From: Candidatus Absconditabacterales bacterium
GTDB lineage: Bacteria; Patescibacteriota; Gracilibacteria; Absconditabacterales; Absconditicoccaceae
Assembly (NCBI GenBank): GCA_039809405.1
Contig: JBDHUX010000001.1
Span: 1-36,369 of the forward strand
Length of the DNA: 36,369 nucleotides
Direction: 5' to 3'
Shown here: positions 31,264 to 36,369 of the stretch, one piece after another
Position numbering within the stretch: position 1 is the stretch's first letter
Layout: each line of letters starts with the position of its first letter
Translations under genes and position numbers: made by a program
The notes under the pieces: model-generated
What the model saw: the letters and a program-made list of their open reading frames with translations, nothing else
Told to the model about the DNA's origin: nothing
The model's database searches: none

Positions 31264-31544
31264 AATTTTGATAATAAATTGATTATAAATAAATTTGGTG
31301 GTATACACCAATACATCCGAAATATAATTTATATCCTATACAAATGCAAGCCAATTGATGTGGGTTAGATGGATTTGATTTTGACATTTTTATCAAATAA
31401 TTACAAAAATATTATCATATATTGCTTGTGGTTGGTGGTTTCTTATTATCTTCATATATTTATACTATTTACTTATTTTATATATACTTATTTGCATTTG
31501 AGTCGTTATTTTTTATATTTTACGATTGGTAATATCACCCAAAT

Positions 31545-33434
31545 ATGAACCTACCTAAATCTATCCAGACAATAGAGGATATAGTTTTGTGACTGATATC
31601 TATGCCTTCTGCGACGCAGGACGATCTTTTGTCGTACAGAAAAAAATATGCTGGGTATGTGAAGATGGACTGATTGCCATCAAATGCAGATATCATGAAA
31701 ATATACTGGAATCTAGTAGAGGACAAACAAATAGAAAAGAGTCTATCTTTTGAGTTGCTTTTGAAAAAAAGAGCAGTTAGATCTATATCTGGTATAGTGC
31801 CAGTACAAGTCCTCACTAAGCCGTTTTGGTGTCCAGGTGAGTGTATATTTTGCCCAAACGATGCAACTATGCCCAAAAGTTATATCAATACAGAGCCATG
31901 AGCACAGAGAGCTTTGCTAAACAATTTTGATCCATATAAACAAGTTTATAATAGATTATTATCACTTCGTATGACGTGACATCCTACCGATAAGATAGAG
32001 ATGATAGTGTTATGATGAACACGAGATGTTTATCCTCATGATTACAAAGTAGAGTTTATAAAGTGACTGTATGATGCTTGCAATAATTTTGATACATTTT
32101 TCTCCCAGTATACAGAAAGTAAACAGCAAAATATTAGAGATATGTGAAAGATACTGGATTCTATGAATTTAACTTATCCACAAGATATATCTGATAGTAT
32201 TAGACTCAATGAAACAGCTTGAAGTAGGATTATATGACTTACACTAGAAACTAGACCTGAGTATGTGACTGATACGAATTGTGTATTTTGGAGGGATATA
32301 TGAGTTACTAGGATAGAAATGGGGATACAGAGTATGTTTGATGATGTACTTGATGCAAATAAGAGAGGTCATAGTATAGATCAGTGTAGACAGGCTATGT
32401 ACAAACTTAGACAGTATGGATTTAAAATCTCAATCCACTTGATGCCATGACTTTATGGATCTACTGTAGAAAAAGATATCCAAACATTTCAAATCACATT
32501 TACTGATCCAGCTTTTTGTCCTGATGAGCTAAAATTTTACCCAACTGCAGTTATACCGAACACTCCACTTTTTGATATGTATAAAAACTGAGAGTATAAA
32601 CCACTCACATTGGAACAGAGTAAACATATCATAAAAACTGTTTTAAAAAACCACATCCCACCATACACAAGGATCAAAAGACTTGTCCGTGATATCCCAG
32701 CTGATGAGACGGTTTGATCAAACTATGTCACCAATTTAAGACAGCTCGTAGAGAACGAACTATCAAACGAGTTTGCACAGTCAGATATTGGTACAAGAAG
32801 ACAACACTACAATCAACTATATCTATGATCCAAAGTATCAGTAAAAGATAAAAAAGACTTATTTGAAAATATTAAAGCTATCTTGGATAAGATGGGATGA
32901 TATGAAGATAATCAGATTATCTCAAATTTTTGAACCCTTCAAACGACTTTTGTGCTTGATGATTTCTGATTTGATACCGAGAGTGTAAGAAGCTGGGTTG
33001 CACTGGATACAAGATCCAGAGAGATAAGAGACAATCCAAAAAGCTCGGAAGTGTATCCAGTAGTCCGTGTCTATCCAACTACCAACGGTTTACAGTTATT
33101 TATCAGCTGGGAAGATGAGATGTGATATTTATACTGATTTACTAGGTTGCAGCTTGGTAATTGCGATGATAATTTGATACTGGATGGTTTGGGTTGTGAT
33201 ACCGCTGTAATAAGAGAGTTGCATGTGTATGGTCAGATGGCTCGTATATGATGAGATGATAACGAAAAAACTCAGCACCAGGGGATCTGATGAGAGTTGA
33301 TGAAACTTGCTGAAGAGATAGCTAGCAGTTGTTGATACAACAAAATTTCTGTAATTAGTGGAGTAGGGGTGAGATGATACTATACTAAGTTGTGATATCA
33401 ACTAGAGTGAACTTATATGGTAAAGGATTTGTAA
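31545..33434 (+). CDS. elp3: Elp3-like radical SAM plus GNAT acetyltransferase-domain enzyme, 629 aa
   Basis: SISGIVPVQVLTKPFWCPGECIFCPND (CX3CX2C radical SAM cluster), RIEMGIQSMFDDVLDANKRGH, FKISIHLMPGLYGST, then C-terminal GNAT RELHVYGQMARIGG...QHQGIGGELMKLAEEIA. About 30 in-frame TGA. Confidence 0.85.
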
Positions 33435-33748
33435 TCAACTTCCAGCAATAGAAAAATTGCTCTATAGAGCAACTATCTAGTCAAATATTAAGTTTACACG
33501 AAAACAATAGTAGATCTTTTTTAATCTATTATTATTGAGACCTCTCGCTTTGCTCGAGATGACATGGTTGTAACCATAGGAGTATATGAAAATAATGATA
33601 CTATAAAATAATAATACATTATCATCTTATAACCCAAGATTTCCTATCTATATATTTCCTTGTAAGTATAGCTTTTTTTTATAAAATCAGATTATCTTTA
33701 TATCATTAAAACGCATTCTAATACCACATTTGTCGATATCTCCAAATT

Positions 33749-34414
33749 ATGAAAAAAACCAAAAAACAGATCAATAAAGAGCTGCTAGAGATGTATAAGA
33801 TGTTCCCTGATAACAAAACTGAACTGGTTTATCACACACCTTTCCAGCTATTGCTTGCTGTTATGTTATCGGCACAGACGACTGATAAACAGGTAAATAA
33901 AGTGACTTTATGACTATTTGATCTCGTTAAAAATCCTGATGACTTGATATCTATGTGAAAAGATAGATTTACCGATATGATCAAATCTATATGACTTTAC
34001 AAATCTAAATCCAAAAATATATTTACCACTACAGAGATTTTATCGTGACATTGAGATAGATATGTCATCCCTGTAGATGTGCAAGATTTGATAAAACTAC
34101 CTTGAGTGGGGATTAAGACTGCCAAGGTGATTGCTCATGTTTTATACGGTGCCAAGCTGATTGCTGTAGATACTCATGTACATAGAGTTGCCAATAGACT
34201 CTCTTGGGTTCACACCAAGACTCCAGAACAGACATCCAAGTTATTGGAATGATTGATATATGAAGATAATAAGTCTATAGCACACCATAGCATTATATTA
34301 TTTGGAAGATATCATTGCAAAGCAAAAAAACCACTGTGCGACAGTTGCCCGTTGAGATCGTACTGTGATTACTATAAAAATATAACATTTAAAACAAAAA
34401 GAAATCTATTTTAA
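33749..34414 (+). CDS. nth: endonuclease III (DNA glycosylase/AP lyase), 221 aa
   Basis: FQLLLAVMLSAQTTDKQVNKV, helix-hairpin-helix LIKLPGVGIKTAKVI, VDTHVHRVANRL, and the Fe-S cluster loop CKAKKPLCDSCPLRSYC. Confidence 0.9.
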
Positions 34415-34419
34415 AATAT

Positions 34420-34986
34420 TTACTTTCTTATATAATTTATCTCACCATTAGTAATGCGGACTATGTGCGATGGAGATCTTCTAGGGTGTCGGTTTTTGAT
34501 CTTATGGATTCCATCTACTTTTTTAGCTATGTCTTTGCTTACATTCTCAATACTGTTTGTATAAGGATGACCAGATATGTTTATGGAAGTGCTTACTATC
34601 GGTACTCATAAGTATGTTATCAGATCGTCTAACTTTGTATTTGATACTTTTCTTATTGCTAAAGTATGATTATCTCTTATCAACTTGGACGATATGTTTT
34701 GTCTACCAAACGAAGTTAGGTCATCATAATTATAAATTATAGTTGTTGGGTATTTAAACTCTGATACAAAGTTATTGATATTTACATATTTGTTATATAG
34801 GTCGTCTGATATAAGTATTATCATGGTTTTGTTGTCGTCCCTTTGTTTGATACTGTTTATATCTAAAATAGCTTTTGTACTTGTAGCAAGACAGCTTATA
34901 CCTCGTATAGTATCACTTGGTAAAAATACTATACCGTCATTTGAAAGTATATTTTTTAATATCTGCTGATCGCTTATTATTTTCAT
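34420..34986 (-). CDS. tsaC: L-threonylcarbamoyladenylate synthase, TsaC/YrdC-type, 188 aa
   Basis: GIVFLPSDTIRGISCLATSTKAILDINSIKQRDDNKTMIILISD, LAIRKVSN, GVPIVSTSINISGHP are YrdC/Sua5 domain motifs. Confidence 0.8.
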
Positions 34987-35011
34987 ATATTTATAATATT
35001 TTATAATACTA

Positions 35012-35683
35012 TTACCAAACTATCTCTTTCTTACCTTGTTTTATAAGATACTGATTGCATTTGTAAAAATGTTCACAACCAAACCGCCCACCTCTATTGG
35101 CAGACAGTGGCGATGGATGGACTGCCTCTAAGACTAGGTGTTTTTTGTTGTTAATTAGTTTTGTTTTTGATCTGGCATAAGATCACCAAAGCATGAAAAC
35201 AAGTCATCATTTACTGTCTGAAAGTTTTTTTATAGTTTGATCTGTAAATATCTGTCGTCAGATATTTTGGTGGGAGAGTGGGTTTTGTTTGATTACTGTA
35301 AGTACACTGTTTAGCAAAAGTACGCCTTGTTCTGCCCGTGAAGTTAAATCCCCATTATTATTTTCCAATTTATATCACTCATTTTTTATCTCTTTATAGA
35401 TATTTACCAATGATGGTGGGATTGTACTATTAGGATTTACTGAAAAGCAAAGTCAGTTGGCAACTCATGGTGTATGGTATGGATCTTGTCATAAGATTAT
35501 CACCTTTACTTTATCAACAGGACATAGGTCCATAGCTCTAAATATATTACTTGGCTCTGGATATATGGTATTTCAGTTTGATATATCTCTTTTGATATGA
35601 TTTGTGATATCTTGAAAATAATCTTGCTCAAACTGATCTTGCAGAAGATCGTACCAACTTTGTTCTATATTTATTTTTTTCAT
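35012..35683 (-). CDS. ung: uracil-DNA glycosylase family 1, 223 aa
   Basis: [51 protein letters not shown] and AVHPSPLSANRGG are all canonical UNG motifs. The reverse complement was checked line by line. Confidence 0.95.
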
Positions 35684-35806
35684 TTTGATGAGTTGAAGAT
35701 AGTCAGATTGTTTTGTTATTTAATGGTTTTGTACTTACATAGTTTTATGCGGAGCGACAGGATAACATGAAGTTTCAAATAATTCAAATGATATTATCAG
35801 ATTGTT

Positions 35807-36169
35807 CTACTCAAACATTCTTTTTAGATCTTCATCTTTCAGCATATCTATAGTTCGCATTGGCTCCCATACTAAGTTTATATTTACATCGTATTCTGGA
35901 TATAGTGCCGTTATGCTATTCTTGGCCATAACTGGTAATATATCTGCGGCAGGGCAGTTTGGTGTGGTGAGTGTCATATCTACATCTATAACTCAAGCTG
36001 ATGCAAACGAAATTAGCTCATCATCTATTTGGTCAGGTAATTCATATCAGTTTATTTTTATATCATAAATCAATCCCATAGTCCATATGTCTATAAGTGG
36101 AAAATCAGGATCAAATACTGTCTGCAAACATCAAATTATATCATCCTGTGTTGGTATATCAAACTTCAT
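35807..36169 (-). CDS. DUF59/SufT-like Fe-S assembly domain protein, 120 aa
   Basis: CLQTVFDPDFPLIDIWTMGLIYDI...DVDMTLTTPNCPAADILP...NINLVWEPMRTIDML is the typical DUF59 (MIP18-like) pattern with the conserved Cys. Confidence 0.7.
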
Positions 36170-36218
36170 ATTTTAATAAATTGAATTAAATATAATAAAA
36201 ATAAATAGATATAAAGAT

Positions 36219-36369
36219 TTATGAATCTATATCGTTGTATAATTGTTGCAATCTATCATAAGCAAAATTGGTCAATTGTCATATGTATTCTTTATCAAAT
36301 CTAAGTTCCATACCTCAAGCTTCAAATAACTCTGGTAGCGTGACAGTGTATCATAATTTCATAAAATTT
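36219..36369 (-). CDS. C-terminal 50 codons of an unidentified gene entering from the right edge
   Basis: Open under table 25: ...NFMKLGYTVTLPELFEAGGMELRFDKEYIGQLTNFAYDRLQQLYNDIDS, with TAA at 36219-36221. Confidence 0.3.

Noticed and set aside
32173-32181. A perfect DnaA-box-like 9-mer TTATCCACA, which could hint at an origin.
   Set aside because: It is a single copy inside the elp3 coding region, with no cluster of boxes or adjacent AT-rich unwinding element.
1-36369. Reading the window with the standard code, in which nearly all genes look like pseudogenes or short fragments, as in the supplied ORF track.
   Set aside because: The breaks are always TGA, never TAA or TAG, and fall on conserved Gly positions. 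Reading through them restores full-length, motif-complete proteins.
1-36369. Translation table 4 (TGA = Trp, Mycoplasma-like), which also fits low GC and TGA read-through.
   Set aside because: The TGA positions correspond to invariant glycines (S12 PGVRYH, Walker A GEGKT, SAM motif GTGGG, UNG GQDPYH), not tryptophans.

Overview
This is a low-GC (about 30% by eye) bacterial fragment. Its genes are intact only if TGA is read as glycine (translation table 25), which points to Absconditabacteria/SR1 or Gracilibacteria in the Candidate Phyla Radiation. The supplied ORF track uses the standard code and is fragmented, so I re-translated by hand with TAA/TAG as the only stops. That gives about 50 intact CDS, 4 tRNAs and RNase P RNA.

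Most of the window is housekeeping:
- infC-rpmI-rplT, rplU-rplQ-rplM-rpsI, rpsL-rpsG and rplS-rplY-rpmB
- folD, corA, rsmG, nth, tsaC, ung and an Elp3-like radical-SAM/GNAT enzyme
- a DsbA-like oxidoreductase and a GT8-GT2 glycosyltransferase pair

Two accessory regions stand out.
1. 7807-11420 is a compact azole-type RiPP (TOMM/LAP-like) cluster. It has an 89-aa Cys/Ser-rich precursor whose core lies downstream of an in-frame UGA, a papain/C39-like peptidase, a SagB-type dehydrogenase and a YcaO cyclodehydratase. There is no separate E1-like partner, transporter or immunity gene. It is wedged between the rpsI terminator and a secA gene that stops after helicase motif V.
2. 13932-19663 is a five-gene island of orphan coiled-coil, membrane and lipoprotein genes, including one of 958 aa, behind a perfect consensus promoter.

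All product calls rest on motifs I read in hand translations. No database search was possible.
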